Assembly: GCA_963714975.1 (NCBI GenBank)
Contig: CAVQQD010000002.1
Location: 512,001 to 576,000 of the forward strand
Source of the DNA: an uncultured Gammaproteobacteria bacterium
Lineage (GTDB): Bacteria > Pseudomonadota > Gammaproteobacteria > JAURND01
Length of the DNA: 64,000 nucleotides
Direction of reading: 5' to 3'
Position numbers and translations under genes: made by a program. The notes under the pieces were generated by a model. That model did no database searches. It saw only the letters and a list, made by a program, of their open reading frames with translations, and was not told where the DNA came from. Positions 1 through 10,634 of this stretch are shown here, piece by piece (within the stretch, counting starts at the first letter, position 1; each line of letters begins with the position of its first letter).

Positions 1-610
1 TCTTACCGTTGTACGGATAGCCATCGGTAGTAAAAAGGATTTTCGGTTGAATCTGCCCAAAGCGATCTACTAGGGCACTGCTGCCAAAATCAGCAGCGCA
101 ACAAGACCAAATAGCCCCTAGACTGAGGGTGGCTAACATGGCAATAAGCGTTTCAGGGATGTTAGGCATTACGCCTACCACTCGGTCCTGTGGTGAAACT
201 CCGGCCCTTTGTAGTGCTGTGGCTAATTGTACCACCGCTGTGTAAAGTTCAGCGTAGCTCAATACACGACGTTGCCCTTGTTCATTGCGAAAAATGATGG
301 CTGTTTTCTCATCGCGAAAACGTAATAAATTTTCCGCAAAATTAAGCCGTGCGCCTAGAAACCATTGCGCTCCCGGCATTTTGTTCCCGTTAACGAGCAC
401 TTCAGTCCACGGCTGTGTTGCCTGAACACCACAGAAGCGCCAAATCGCGGGCCAAAAATATTCTGGATAATTAATCGACCATTGGTAGAGGGCGGCGTAA
501 TCCGTGCAGTTCACTCCATATTCGTGCTGAACAAAGCGCATAAATGCATACATCTGTGAATTTGCACTCGACGCAGCAGAAGGGCGCCAAACAGGCGCTA
601 ATGAGGCCAT
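1..610 (-). CDS. Acetoacetate-CoA ligase, N-terminal part (runs off window edge)
   Basis: Manual translation from ATG at 610: MASLAPVWRPS...WFLGARLNFAENLL...MPNIPETLIAMLATLSLGAIWS; overlaps the HMG-CoA lyase stop. Confidence 0.85.
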   Translation of the reverse strand, partial: MASLAPVWRPSAASSANSQMYAFMRFVQHEYGVNCTDYAALYQWSINYPEYFWPAIWRFCGVQATQPWTEVLVNGNKMPGAQWFLGARLNFAENLLRFRDEKTAIIFRNEQGQRRVLSYAELYTAVVQLATALQRAGVSPQDRVVGVMPNIPETLIAMLATLSLGAIWSCCAADFGSSALVDRFGQIQPKILFTTDGYPYNGK

Positions 611-1500
611 TGGTGTGCCAAAGCTACTTTAGAGCGAGAAGGTCGGCCAAGGTATTGGCTAATAAAGTGTCCTGTGTCGCAAAGTTTGTTTAGATCTACC
701 CCAGTGGTAATATCCAAACCATTGAGCAGATAAAGCACATCTTCACTCGCCACATTACCCGAAGCGCCTGGCGCATAAGGGCAACCACCTAGGCCGGCGA
801 CAGAACTATCGATCACGGCAATCCCTTGCTCTAAAGCCGCATAAATATTTGCCAATGCTTGGCCATAAGTATCATGAAAATGCACGGCAATTTGGCTGAT
901 AGGGATTTCTTTGGCAATTGCTTGAATAAGTGTCACCGCTTTACCCGGAGTACCCACGCCAATTGTGTCTCCAACGGAAATTTCAATGCAGCCCAAGGTA
1001 AATAATTTTTTTGCGACAGCGACGACGGCTTGAGGATTCACTGCTCCTTCATAGGGGCAGCCTAAGGCACAGGATACATAACCTCGCACGCGAATATTAT
1101 GTTCCTTGGCCAAATTAATCACCGCAGCGTAACGATCGAGGCTTTCGCTAATAGAGCAGTGAATATTTCGTTGCGAAAATGTTTCAGTAGCAGCAGCAAA
1201 GACTGCAATCTCTCGTACTCCCGCAGCTAGCGCATTTTTCAAGCCTTGTAGATTGGGCACCAACACTGGATAACTAATGGACGGATCTTTAGGTAGCTGT
1301 GGAAATAATTCGGCTGAATCTGCAAGCTGTGGAATAGCTTTGGATGATACAAAACTGGTGGCTTCAATAGTTTTTAACCCAGTGCTAGTTAAGCGCTGAA
1401 TCAATTCTAGCTTGATGTTAGTCGGAATAAAGCCAGCCTCATGTTGCAAGCCATCGCGAGGGCCGACTTCCACCATCTTCACTTGATTGGGTAATGCCAT
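598..1500 (-). CDS. Hydroxymethylglutaryl-CoA lyase
   Basis: EVGPRDGLQ, HFHDTYGQALAN and GLGGCPYAPGASGN motifs. Confidence 0.93.
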   Translation of the reverse strand: MALPNQVKMVEVGPRDGLQHEAGFIPTNIKLELIQRLTSTGLKTIEATSFVSSKAIPQLADSAELFPQLPKDPSISYPVLVPNLQGLKNALAAGVREIAVFAAATETFSQRNIHCSISESLDRYAAVINLAKEHNIRVRGYVSCALGCPYEGAVNPQAVVAVAKKLFTLGCIEISVGDTIGVGTPGKAVTLIQAIAKEIPISQIAVHFHDTYGQALANIYAALEQGIAVIDSSVAGLGGCPYAPGASGNVASEDVLYLLNGLDITTGVDLNKLCDTGHFISQYLGRPSRSKVALAHQWPH

Positions 1501-1550
1501 TGAAACTCCCTGAAATACCATCCAGCCCAGATGGGCGCTCCTAAAACCCA

Positions 1551-2129
1551 GTGGATGCTGTCCGCCTGGAGAACCCTAAGCTTACCTTGGAGCCTTTGCA
1601 AGGTATCATTGTGATCGACCAGATTCAATATATACCTGACATTTTTAAATTAATTCGGGTATTGGTGGATAAAAAAACTTTACAACAACAATATTTGATT
1701 TTAGGAAGTGCTTCTCGAGAGCTGCTCAAACAATCTGCAGAAAGCCTGGCGGGTCGAATCAGTTACCTAGAATTAACCCCTTTCTCCTATTCTGAAGCCA
1801 AAGACTTAGCGGCACTATGGTTGCGAGGTGGTTTTCCTAAGTCTTATTTAGCAGATACATTAGAGGATAGCTATGAATGGCGTGAATCTTATATCACAAC
1901 GTATTTAGAGCATGATTTGCCTGCGCTAGGGATTCAGATTGCCTCACAGTCATTGCGGCGTTTTTGGCAAATGCTCGCTCATTATCACGGGAATGTATTG
2001 AATGCTTCAGAATTAGGGCGTTCATTTGGAAGTGCTGATACTACTATTCGTCGCTATCTTGATATTTTGTCTGGAACTTTCATGATGCGCCAATTGCAAC
2101 CGTGGCAGGTGAGGGCACCGCTTGCGTAG
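1551..2129 (+). pseudogene. Truncated AAA_14/DUF4143 ATPase
   Basis: ILGSAS, SLAGRI and RGGFP motifs; Walker A missing; breaks off at LQPW where the IS605-like fragment begins. Confidence 0.8.
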
Positions 2130-2249
2130 CTTGTGGAGAGAAGACGCAGTCAGGTCGCTCGAGGAAGCAAGAACCCACTGAAGCGAGTTGCGCACAGGTT
2201 GCGTAACCGCAGTAGGAATCCTCGCCCTTCAGGGCGAGGCAGATGTCAA
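2110..2249 (+). mobile_element. IS200/IS605-family right end (tnpB 3' tail / omega-RNA scaffold), orphan
   Basis: Encodes TnpB-like tail [20 protein letters not shown]; ends GGAATCCTCGCCCTTCAGGGCGAGGCAGATGTCAA (subterminal hairpin plus TCAA). Confidence 0.8.
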
Positions 2250-2369
2250 TTTCTGAATTAGTAATACCAGAAAACCCTTTGCCATCGTTACAAAGTATGA
2301 ATTCCTGATTTTTTCTTGCTAGCTATACCATAAAATACTATTATGTAATACAGAATTGGGAGGTTATTT

Positions 2370-2609
2370 ATGCATAGAAATACAAGTGTTACTTTGGGGG
2401 GGCATTTTGAGCAATTTATTGATGCTCAAGTGAGGGATGGGCGATACCATTCAACTAGCGAGGTTATTAGGGCTGGGCTCCGTTTGCTCGAAGAAAGAGA
2501 AAATAAGGTGGCCGCCTTGCGGTCGGCATTAATTGCTGGCGAGAAAAGTGGATTTGTTGATTATTCCTTACAAGATATCATTGCAGGGTTAGATGAAGAG
2601 ATAAAATAA
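2370..2609 (+). CDS. parD: ParD-family antitoxin
   Basis: NTSVTLGGHFEQFI...GRYHSTSEVIRAGLRLLEERE ribbon-helix-helix signature. Confidence 0.9.
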   Translation: MHRNTSVTLGGHFEQFIDAQVRDGRYHSTSEVIRAGLRLLEERENKVAALRSALIAGEKSGFVDYSLQDIIAGLDEEIK

Positions 2610-2610
2610 A

Positions 2611-2901
2611 TTGCTTAAATTACGTGTTAGCACACTTGCGCGCGAGGATTTAAAAAATATCGGGCGTTATACTCTGAAACATTGGGGCGCAGTACAAAGG
2701 AATCAATATTTATCACAGCTAACTGTTTGTTTTGAGAAATTGTTGACTACGCCACATATGGGTTCGAGTTGTGGTGCTATTAGGAAAGGATATCACCGAT
2801 TTCGCGTAGGGGAGCATGTTATTTTCTACTGTGTCAATGAGTTGACTCTTGATATTGTTCGGGTTTTGCACAAAAGCATGGATGTGGAAAATCATCTTTA
2901 A
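2611..2901 (+). CDS. parE: ParE/RelE-family toxin
   Basis: AREDLKNIGRYT...HVIFY...IVRVLHKSMD; directly follows parD. Confidence 0.9.
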   Translation: MLKLRVSTLAREDLKNIGRYTLKHWGAVQRNQYLSQLTVCFEKLLTTPHMGSSCGAIRKGYHRFRVGEHVIFYCVNELTLDIVRVLHKSMDVENHL

Positions 2902-2952
2902 ACCATGAAATGTATGTTATTATCTCATTTTCCAGAGAAATAGGCTTTTTTG

Positions 2953-5498
2953 ATGACAATGAATGCTAAAGAAATTATTCGCGTTTCGCTCGAACAAGAA
3001 ATGAAACAGTCCTATCTGGATTATGCGATGAGCGTTATCGTTGGCCGTGCGTTTCCTGATGTGCGAGATGGTTTAAAACCAGTGCATCGTCGCGTTTTAT
3101 TTGCCATGCAGGAATTGGGTAATGATTGGAATAAACCCTATAAAAAATCTGCTCGTATTGTCGGTGATGTGATCGGTAAATACCATCCTCATGGTGATAC
3201 CGCGGTATATGACACCATCGTGCGTATGGCACAGCCATTTTCCATGCGTTATTTATTGGTAGATGGTCAAGGAAATTTTGGTTCAGTCGATGGCGATGCC
3301 CCTGCTGCCATGCGTTATACCGAAATTCGCATGTCGCGTTTTGCCCATACATTATTGGCTGATTTAGAAAAAGAAACCGTTGATTTTGCACCCAATTATG
3401 ATGGTCAGAACGAAATTGCCCAGTGTTATTACCGACACGCGTTCCTAATTTATTAGTCAATGGTTCTTCGGGTATTGCGGTGGGTATGGCAACCAATATT
3501 CCGCCGCATAATTTAAACGAAGTCATTGATGCTTGTATTGCCTTGATGGATAATCCAGAAATTCCGTTAGATGACATTAATGGAATATGTTCCTGGCCCT
3601 GATTTTCCAACAGCTGGCATTATTAATGGTCGAGCAGGTATTTTACAAGCCTATCAAACAGGGCGTGGGCGTATTTATGTGCGCGCTAAAACCGAAATCG
3701 AAGACACGATAAAGTACAGGAAAAACAAGCGATCATAGTGCACTGAACTACCCTTATCAAGTGAATAAAGCGACGATTGATTGAACGAATTGCCGAACTG
3801 GTGAAAGAAAAGAAAATTGAGGGCATTACCGCGATGCGTGATGAATCAGATAGAGAGGGTATGCGCATTGTCATTGAATTACGTCGTGATGAAAATGCCG
3901 GAAGTGATATTAAATAATTTATTTGTGCAGACCCAATTACAAGTGGTTTTTGGTATTAATATAGTGGCATTAGATCGATGGCCGACCGCAGCGTGATTAA
4001 ATCTTAAAGCAATTATTTGAAGCTTTATTCAGCATCGTCGCGAGGTGGTGACACGGCGCACGCATTTTTGAATTACGAAAAGCCCGTGAACGTGCGCATA
4101 TTTTAGAAGGGTTAGGTGTTGCGTTGGCCAATATCGATCGAAATGATTGCTTTAATCAAAGCAGCTGCCTGATCCTGCTAAAGCTAAACAACAATTATTA
4201 GCGAAGACTGGCCTGCCGGCTTGGTGCTAGCAATTGCTGAATCGATCCTGACAGCGAAATGTTCAAGTCCGGAAGGATTGAGCCTGAATATGGCTTATCT
4301 GAGCAGGGTTATCGTTTATCTCCTGAGCAAGCACAAGCGATTTTGGATTTTCGCTTACATCGTTTCACGGCTTTGAACAAGATAAAATTTTCAATGAATA
4401 CCATGAATTATTAACGATAATCAAAGATTTATTCGAAATATTGACTAATCCTGATCGTTTATTACAAGTGATTCGGAACGAATTGCTCGAAATTAAGGAA
4501 CAATTTGGTGATGCAAGACGTACTCAAATTCGTTGAAAGGTGATGAAGATTTTACTGCTGAAGATTTAATTCCACATGAAGAAATGGTTGTCACGGTTTC
4601 ACATGAAGGCTATGCCAAAACACAACTTTTGGATGATTATCAAGCACAACATCGCGGCGGCAAAGGCAAATCGGCTACCACGATGAAAGAGGAAGATTTT
4701 GTTCAACAATTACAGATAGTGAATACTCATGATACCTTATTGTGTTTTTCTAATTATGGCAAAGTGTATTGGTTGAAAGCGTATATACTACCAGCAGGCC
4801 AGCCGATTAGCCCGTGGTCGACCCTTTGGTTAATTTATTACCTCTGGCCGAAAGATGAACGTATTAGCGCAATGTTAGGGTTGCGCCTGTATGCGGAAAA
4901 TCAGTTTGTTGTTATGGCCACTGCCGCTGGGACTATTAAAAAAGTGCCGTTGAGTAATTTTTCCCGTCCACGCGCCGATGGTATTATTGCTATCCTATTA
5001 GATGAAGGCGATCAGTTGGTGGGGGTTGATATTACCAATGGAGAAAGTGAAGTCCTGTTGTTTAGTGATGTAGGAAAGGTCATACGTTTCCACGAATCCC
5101 ATTTGAGACCAATGGGACGTAAAACTCGTGGAGTGCGTGGCATTCGCTTACAGGAGAAGCAACGGATGATTGCTATGATCATTGCCAAGGCAAAGGGTAG
5201 TATTTTAACTGCGACTGCGAATGGTTTTGGTAAGCGTACCCCGATTGAAGAATATCGGCAGACGGCAAGGGGTGTGCAAGGGGTGATTTCCATTCGAGTG
5301 AATGAACGAAATGGCAAAGTGATTGGTGCGTTAGAAGTTTTTGAGGGTGATGAGCTGATGTTAATCAGCGATCAAGCACGCTTGATACGCACTCGGGTGG
5401 ATGAGCTCAGGGAAATAGGTCGTAATGCTCAGGGAGTTAAATTGATTCATCTCAATGAAGGTGAACATCTGGTTGGTTTACAAAGAATAGTTGAGTAA
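2953..5498 (+). CDS. gyrA: DNA gyrase subunit A (multiple apparent frameshifts about 3410-4860)
   Basis: [20 protein letters not shown] and AAMRYTE motifs; GyrA-box QHRGGKG; C-terminal beta-pinwheel repeats. Confidence 0.92.
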
Positions 5499-5512
5499 GG
5501 GGGGATTCTTTT

Positions 5513-6600
5513 ATGACACGTGTTTATAATTTTTATCCAGGTCCGGCAACATTACCAGAAGAAGTGCTGCTGCAAGTGCAAGAAGAATTGCTTAATTGGC
5601 AAGGGCTCGGATTGTCCGAGATGGAAATCAGCCATCATGCGCCAGAATTTGTGCGTATGACCGAGACAGTTGAAGCCGATTTGCGTGAATTGATGGCAAT
5701 TCCGGCACACTATAAAGTGCTGTTTGTCCCTGGTGGCGGTAGAGGGCAGTTTGCTATGGTGCCCTTAAATTTACTCGGGGAGAAGATCCACAGCGGATTA
5801 TATAGAAACGGGAATTTGGTCTAACATGGCAATTGCAGAAGCAGGACGTTATTGCCAGGTAAATGTGGCGGCGAACAGTGCAGCACAACAATATTCTACC
5901 ATTCCACCTGTTTCAGAATGGCGTTGTAATCCTAATGCGGCTTATTTGCATTACACCGATAATGAAACAGTCAATGGGGTGGAATTTGCCAGCATTCCTG
6001 AAGTGGCTGTTCCCCTCATTATCGGATATATCTTCAGGTTTGGCCACTCGAGTCATAGAGGTAGAAGAATTTGGCGTGGTATGTGCGGCAGCGAAAAAAA
6101 TCTGTCGGTCCCGCAGAGTGACAGTAGTGATAGTTCGCGAGGATTTATTTAGATGGGCTTTGTCATTACTCCCAGTATGTTTACATTACAAGGCTGATGC
6201 CGATGCCAGATCTATTTATAATACTCCCTCCACTTTCCCGTGGTACGTGTTAGGGTTGGTATTGCAATGGTTAAAGCGACAAGGCGGAGTTGCTGCGATC
6301 GAAGCCATCAATCGCCGTAAAGCTTTGATAAATTATATCGATTGATGCGATCACTCCGATTTCTATCGAAATAGTATTGAACCTCGTTATCGCTCACGAA
6401 TGAATGTCGTTTTCGTTTAGCCAATGAAAGTTTAATCGAGCGGATTTTACAAGAATCGAGCCACGAGCAGGTTTAGTCGGTCTAAAAGGACATAGGAAGG
6501 TAGGTGGTATGCGCCGGCAGTTCTTTATCGCCATGCCGAAAGCTGGTGTTGATGCTCTGAGTCCTCTTCTATGACTGATTTCGAGCAGCGTTGCGGCTCA
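5513..6600 (+). CDS. serC: Phosphoserine aminotransferase (frameshifted; end approximate)
   Basis: [25 protein letters not shown] and YNTP motifs across several frames; gyrA-serC synteny. Confidence 0.85.
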
Positions 6601-6659
6601 AGTATCGCCGTCGTAAATCCCTTCTCCCCTTGGGGAGGTTGCTGACTGTTGTCTATTGA

Positions 6660-6874
6660 AATTCCTTAATGCAAATAGAAAAAGACGAGATTCGTAAAGT
6701 TAACAAACCCACTGACGAGTAAGAATATAGCTTCCTATTTGATCAATCTGACCATGATGTTGCATTCCATTTAATACCCACAGCGACCGCCAATTCAACG
6801 AAACTCCCACAACATAAAACAAGCCCGATGCATCCAGCACGGTGTACATTTTTTTCAGTGTTTGTGGTTGACAT
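6660..6874 (-). pseudogene. Degenerate tandem paralog of the 93-aa membrane protein
   Basis: MSTTNTEKNVHRAG...GIKWNAT matches the neighbouring ORF; QIGSY resumes after a stop/frameshift. Confidence 0.6.
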
Positions 6875-6881
6875 ATAGCAC

Positions 6882-7163
6882 CTATATCGACACCAGGCAG
6901 CTTTTGGGAGTGTCAGGATTTTGGGCATCAGCAGCGGGATATCGTCTGTTAAAATAAATGAGTGCACCTGCCAAAAGAAAAACCCCTATACCCGCAGCAG
7001 CTACTGCTGAGTCTAGGAAATAACTTCCTATCTGATCCATTTGGCTATGGGGCGTTGCATTCCATTTAATGCCCATACCAGTCATGGCTACAACTATACT
7101 TGCACCATACAATCCAAGCCCAACGACTCCAGCGCGAACTATATTTTTTTCAGTGTTTGACAT
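6882..7163 (-). CDS. Small hypothetical protein with two hydrophobic segments
   Basis: 93-aa ORF; AGGA upstream of ATG; has a tandem paralog. Confidence 0.6.
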   Translation of the reverse strand: MSNTEKNIVRAGVVGLGLYGASIVVAMTGMGIKWNATPHSQMDQIGSYFLDSAVAAAGIGVFLLAGALIYFNRRYPAADAQNPDTPKSCLVSI

Positions 7164-7257
7164 AAGATCTTCCTATAGTAAAAATTTATAAGGATTATGG
7201 CAAATGCAAAGATAATTTTCAATAAATTTTATTAAAAACTAATTCGCTCAACTTCTT

Positions 7258-7421
7258 CCCTTCTCTCCCTGGAAAGAAGGTGGCCGTAGGCCGGATGAGG
7301 GTGTTTTTTCTAGCTTTAAGCTATTTCAAACACCCTCACCCGCCTTCGGCATCCTCTCCCGCAAGCGGGAGAGGGGATTAAGTGCGGCCCCCTCGGCACC
7401 TTCTTCCACAAGCAGGGGAGA
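7258..7421. repeat. Family A palindromic element cluster (inverted pair plus partial third copy)
   Basis: ...GAAGGTGGCCGTAGGCCGGATGAGGG / CCCTCACCCGCCTTCGGCATCCTCTCCCGCAAGCGGGAGAGGG; overlaps the MFS gene 3' end. Confidence 0.85.
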
Positions 7422-8620
7422 AAATTGAATCTTTTTCTGCAGTGGTAAATACCCACCAAACTCATCGCAATTACCCCAAGCCCCATCAGTAATAAATAGA
7501 GATTCACCTGGTTAAAATGGATCATAGAACTTAATACCAGCGGTAACCCTCCGATAATGACGGCGGTGGAAAAATTAACACTAATAGTATAAATACTATT
7601 CCGATAGGCTTCAGGAGATGCGCGTACGATTAATTGTGGAATCGCGATAAATACTAAACCTGATAAAGCGGCTTGGCTGTAATAAAAAATTAAAATCCAT
7701 TGTGGTGTACCGGCAATGAATAATATGCCCATTAGGATATGTAATGTGACAATCATGGTTATGATTAGAGGAATTTGCCAGTTTTTAAATCCAGATTTAA
7801 AGAACAATCGTCCTGATAGAAAACAGCTAAGACTGGCAATAATGCCGCAGATTAATCCGGTATGCGGGCTGTTAATTTGATATTTTTCTAAAATGCTAGT
7901 GCTGGTCATCATATAAAGCCAGTTAATGTTCACCAGGCAATTCGCAAAACATCCAAATAAAACCGGTTTTAGATGGTTCGAAAATAAATCATAAATACTC
8001 ACTTGATGCCTGCGCTCTGGAAATTGAATGGTGCGGCGGATTAAATACACGGCCAAACCAAAAATTCCGCCAAAAATAAACGGCAAGCGCCAGTAAAAAG
8101 ACATCGAACCGGTACTTTTGACCAATAAGACAATTAAGCAAGCGATGACAAAACCGCCAAAAAGGAAGGTATAAAGTACGCTGTGGTTTTTATAGCGTTG
8201 TTCTGGCTTGGATTGTTCAAAGAGCAGCACAATCGCTGAGCTGAGCTCACCACTGATCGACACGCCTTGCAGCATTCTCAAGGCTAACAGTAAGATGGGG
8301 GCCGCCATACCAATTTGGTCATAAGTGGGTAAGAAGCCAATCAACATCGTCACGACCGCCATAAACAACATGGAATTACGAAACACCCAAGACTTTCCTG
8401 ATTTATCTCCTAAAATTCCCCACAGCACACCACTGATGGGGCGGATGATAAATATAATGGAAAAACTCAGTGTGGCGAGAAATTCCTGGTGCGCGCTAAA
8501 TTTTAAAAAATTCCTGGCGATTTCCGGCATTAAAAAGGCGAATAAATAACTATCGTAGACTTCTAAAAAAGTGCCAGCGCAAATAATGAAAATGTGTTTT
8601 AAGGAAAAATTTTGGGACAT
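7316..8620 (-). CDS. MFS transporter (ProP/MHS-like); C-terminus derived from family A repeats
   Basis: GTFLEVYD, RPISG..WG.LGDK.G and LRMLQGVSISGE motifs; about 12 hydrophobic segments. Confidence 0.88.
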   Translation of the reverse strand: MSQNFSLKHIFIICAGTFLEVYDSYLFAFLMPEIARNFLKFSAHQEFLATLSFSIIFIIRPISGVLWGILGDKSGKSWVFRNSMLFMAVVTMLIGFLPTYDQIGMAAPILLLALRMLQGVSISGELSSAIVLLFEQSKPEQRYKNHSVLYTFLFGGFVIACLIVLLVKSTGSMSFYWRLPFIFGGIFGLAVYLIRRTIQFPERRHQVSIYDLFSNHLKPVLFGCFANCLVNINWLYMMTSTSILEKYQINSPHTGLICGIIASLSCFLSGRLFFKSGFKNWQIPLIITMIVTLHILMGILFIAGTPQWILIFYYSQAALSGLVFIAIPQLIVRASPEAYRNSIYTISVNFSTAVIIGGLPLVLSSMIHFNQVNLYLLLMGLGVIAMSLVGIYHCRKRFNFLPCLWKKVPRGPHLIPSPACGRGCRRRVRVFEIA

Positions 8621-8625
8621 GGTGG

Positions 8626-9850
8626 TTAGTCATCTGGCTTAATTTTCTTTTTTCGTGCTGAAGCATGACGTTCACGCAATTCAATGTCAATGTACTTGTC
8701 GGTAATAGCGCTAGAGCTGTGCCCAGCGTCATCACGCACGTGCTCACGTGGGCGGTGCTTCACATCATCTGAAATCCCGGTATGTCTTAGCCAATGCACC
8801 GTGGCTGCTTTTAATTGTTCAGCTTCTTCAATAAATTGATCTTTCTGTAGGCGCAAAATTGCTTGATCAAAGCAATGTTGAACAATAATGCGAATTTGTC
8901 GTGTGCTGCTGATAGCACCGCGGCCGCGATTTTTTTTCAGTAATGGGGTGGTTTCCCCTGGATAGGGCAGGGGGGTAAATTTAAATATTGGCGATACTGC
9001 TTTAATGCCGCCAGCATATCATCACTGACACTGATGATGCGTTGTTTATTGCCTTTGCCTACTGTAGTAAACCACCAGTGACCATCTTGATCGTGGTGAA
9101 AATGCCCCATTTGGGGTTCCCAACGTTTTGACACCGCCAATTCTGAGATCCGCAGATACATACTATATAACGCTTTGATTATGAATAAACTGCGTTCGTG
9201 GATCTCGGGCTCTGCCTGTGCCATGAGTTCTGTGGTTTCAATGACGTAGGCCCATTGGGTCTCGCTTAGACGGCGGATGATCGGTTTACTTTGATATTTA
9301 CGTAGAAATTTACTTTTTTGCCGAATTTGCGTGACCGGGTTGACCTCGACATAGTTCTCTTGCAGTAGATAATTAAAAAAACTGCCGCTAATTGCAAATA
9401 GTGCCTGTAATGCCTGTTGCGAGGGGGTATATTTCGAGGGCTCTGGTTGTTCACCATGGCTATGTGCGATCTTAGTTACCGTCGCGATAAAAGGTCGCCA
9501 TTGCGGATTAGCGATCCGTTCGCCCAGATGTTGAGAAAGCGCGGCGCTTGTTTAACGCCAATCCAGGCATTTGGTGGTCTTTGACAGAATTCCACCCATT
9601 GTTCAATATCCGTCCGTTTAATAGCGGGTAGATTTTTGTTAGCCACTCTCCAAGTCCATTGCAGAAGACGCTCGATTTCACGCCGATAAGCATTAAAAGT
9701 AGCCTCACTGCCTCGATACATGCGTAAAAATTGGCAAGCATGGAAATAATCTTTTTGCTGTTCTGCCTGCAGGGTAAGTCGTGAGGCATGGTTATCCAGA
9801 TAATCAAGCTTGTCAAATAAGGGCTGAGGAGGCTGTTTTAGGTATTCCAT
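8626..9850 (-). CDS. Tyrosine recombinase / integrase (frameshifted)
   Basis: LRISE, GKGNK, HWLRH, AGH and TDKY catalytic motifs distributed over ORFs at 8626, 8937 and 9476. Confidence 0.8.
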
Positions 9851-9991
9851 AAGAGCTCATTGTAATCATTAGGCTAAAAAAAGAAACAGCCTTTTCTGGA
9901 TTATCTTGCCTTATTGCTAATAATCCTAAAAACGGCAGTTATACTAAGTTTGACGCAATCTAAATAATATTGAAATAGGAGGGGTACGTTC

Positions 9992-10519
9992 ATGAAAAAT
10001 ACCAGCTTAAAAATCTCTGCACTAACAGTTTCACTGTTAGGTTTTATGAGTTTTGCTTATGCAAATGACCTCAATGTGAATTTTGATTCTGTTGCTTCAG
10101 GTAAAAGCACTGAGCAGCGTATTGATGCCCAGCAAAACCCAAATGCCGCCAGCACAATTCAATGTAATATTTTATCCAATGCGCCAAAAATCGCTACAGG
10201 ACAATCGACAATTTGGTTGAAATCTGATCAAGGGTCTACAAATCGTGTTGGTGCCTTAGATAAAAATAATGATACATCCGCTGAATTTACGCTTAATGCC
10301 AATTCAATTCCCGGGAGTGTTTATCTCGATACTACTCCAGATTTGGTTTTAGAAAATAATGCTGCTTCTACCTCAGTACAGTGCACAGTTAAAAATGTTG
10401 CTCCTACTGCAGCCGGCGCTTACACAACGGCCCCTGCTGCACCTGGGACTTATCCAACCGAACCTGCTGCCCCCCCAGCTGCACCCATAGCGCCTACCCA
10501 GGATAATATGGGACAGTAA
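9992..10519 (+). CDS. Secreted hypothetical protein with Pro/Ala-rich tail
   Basis: Signal peptide ending AYA; GGAGG RBS; two cysteines. Confidence 0.75.
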   Translation: MKNTSLKISALTVSLLGFMSFAYANDLNVNFDSVASGKSTEQRIDAQQNPNAASTIQCNILSNAPKIATGQSTIWLKSDQGSTNRVGALDKNNDTSAEFTLNANSIPGSVYLDTTPDLVLENNAASTSVQCTVKNVAPTAAGAYTTAPAAPGTYPTEPAAPPAAPIAPTQDNMGQ

Positions 10520-10555
10520 TCGTTGCTGCTAATCTTTTTCCTAAATTGTTTAATA

Positions 10556-10622
10556 CCCTCTCCCACAAATCCCCCCTACCCCCCTTTTTTAAAGGGGGGT
10601 AGGGGGGATTTGTGGGAGAGGG
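10556..10622. repeat. 32-bp perfect-stem palindrome: family D core inside family A arms; possible bidirectional terminator
   Basis: CCCTCTCCCACA-AATCCCCCCTACCCCCCTTT ttt AAAGGGGGGTAGGGGGGATT-TGTGGGAGAGGG between convergent genes. Confidence 0.9.
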
Positions 10623-10634
10623 CTTCCATAAAAG

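Noticed and set aside
3410-6600. gyrA and serC as pseudogenes or programmed frameshifts
   Set aside because: Many scattered single-base indels cluster in essential genes (also clpB, mraY, murF, pstS and the recombinase) without consistent slippery sites. Sequencing or assembly error is most likely; read mapping would settle it.
6882-6900. CaaX prenylation motifs at the ends of the 93-aa ORF (CLVSI) and the 34247 ORF (PCQS)
   Set aside because: The cysteine is at -5 and -3, not -4.
8626-9850. Recombinase as integron integrase or prophage/island boundary
   Set aside because: No attC-like array, tRNA, att repeats or phage genes seen nearby; it looks like a stand-alone tyrosine recombinase.
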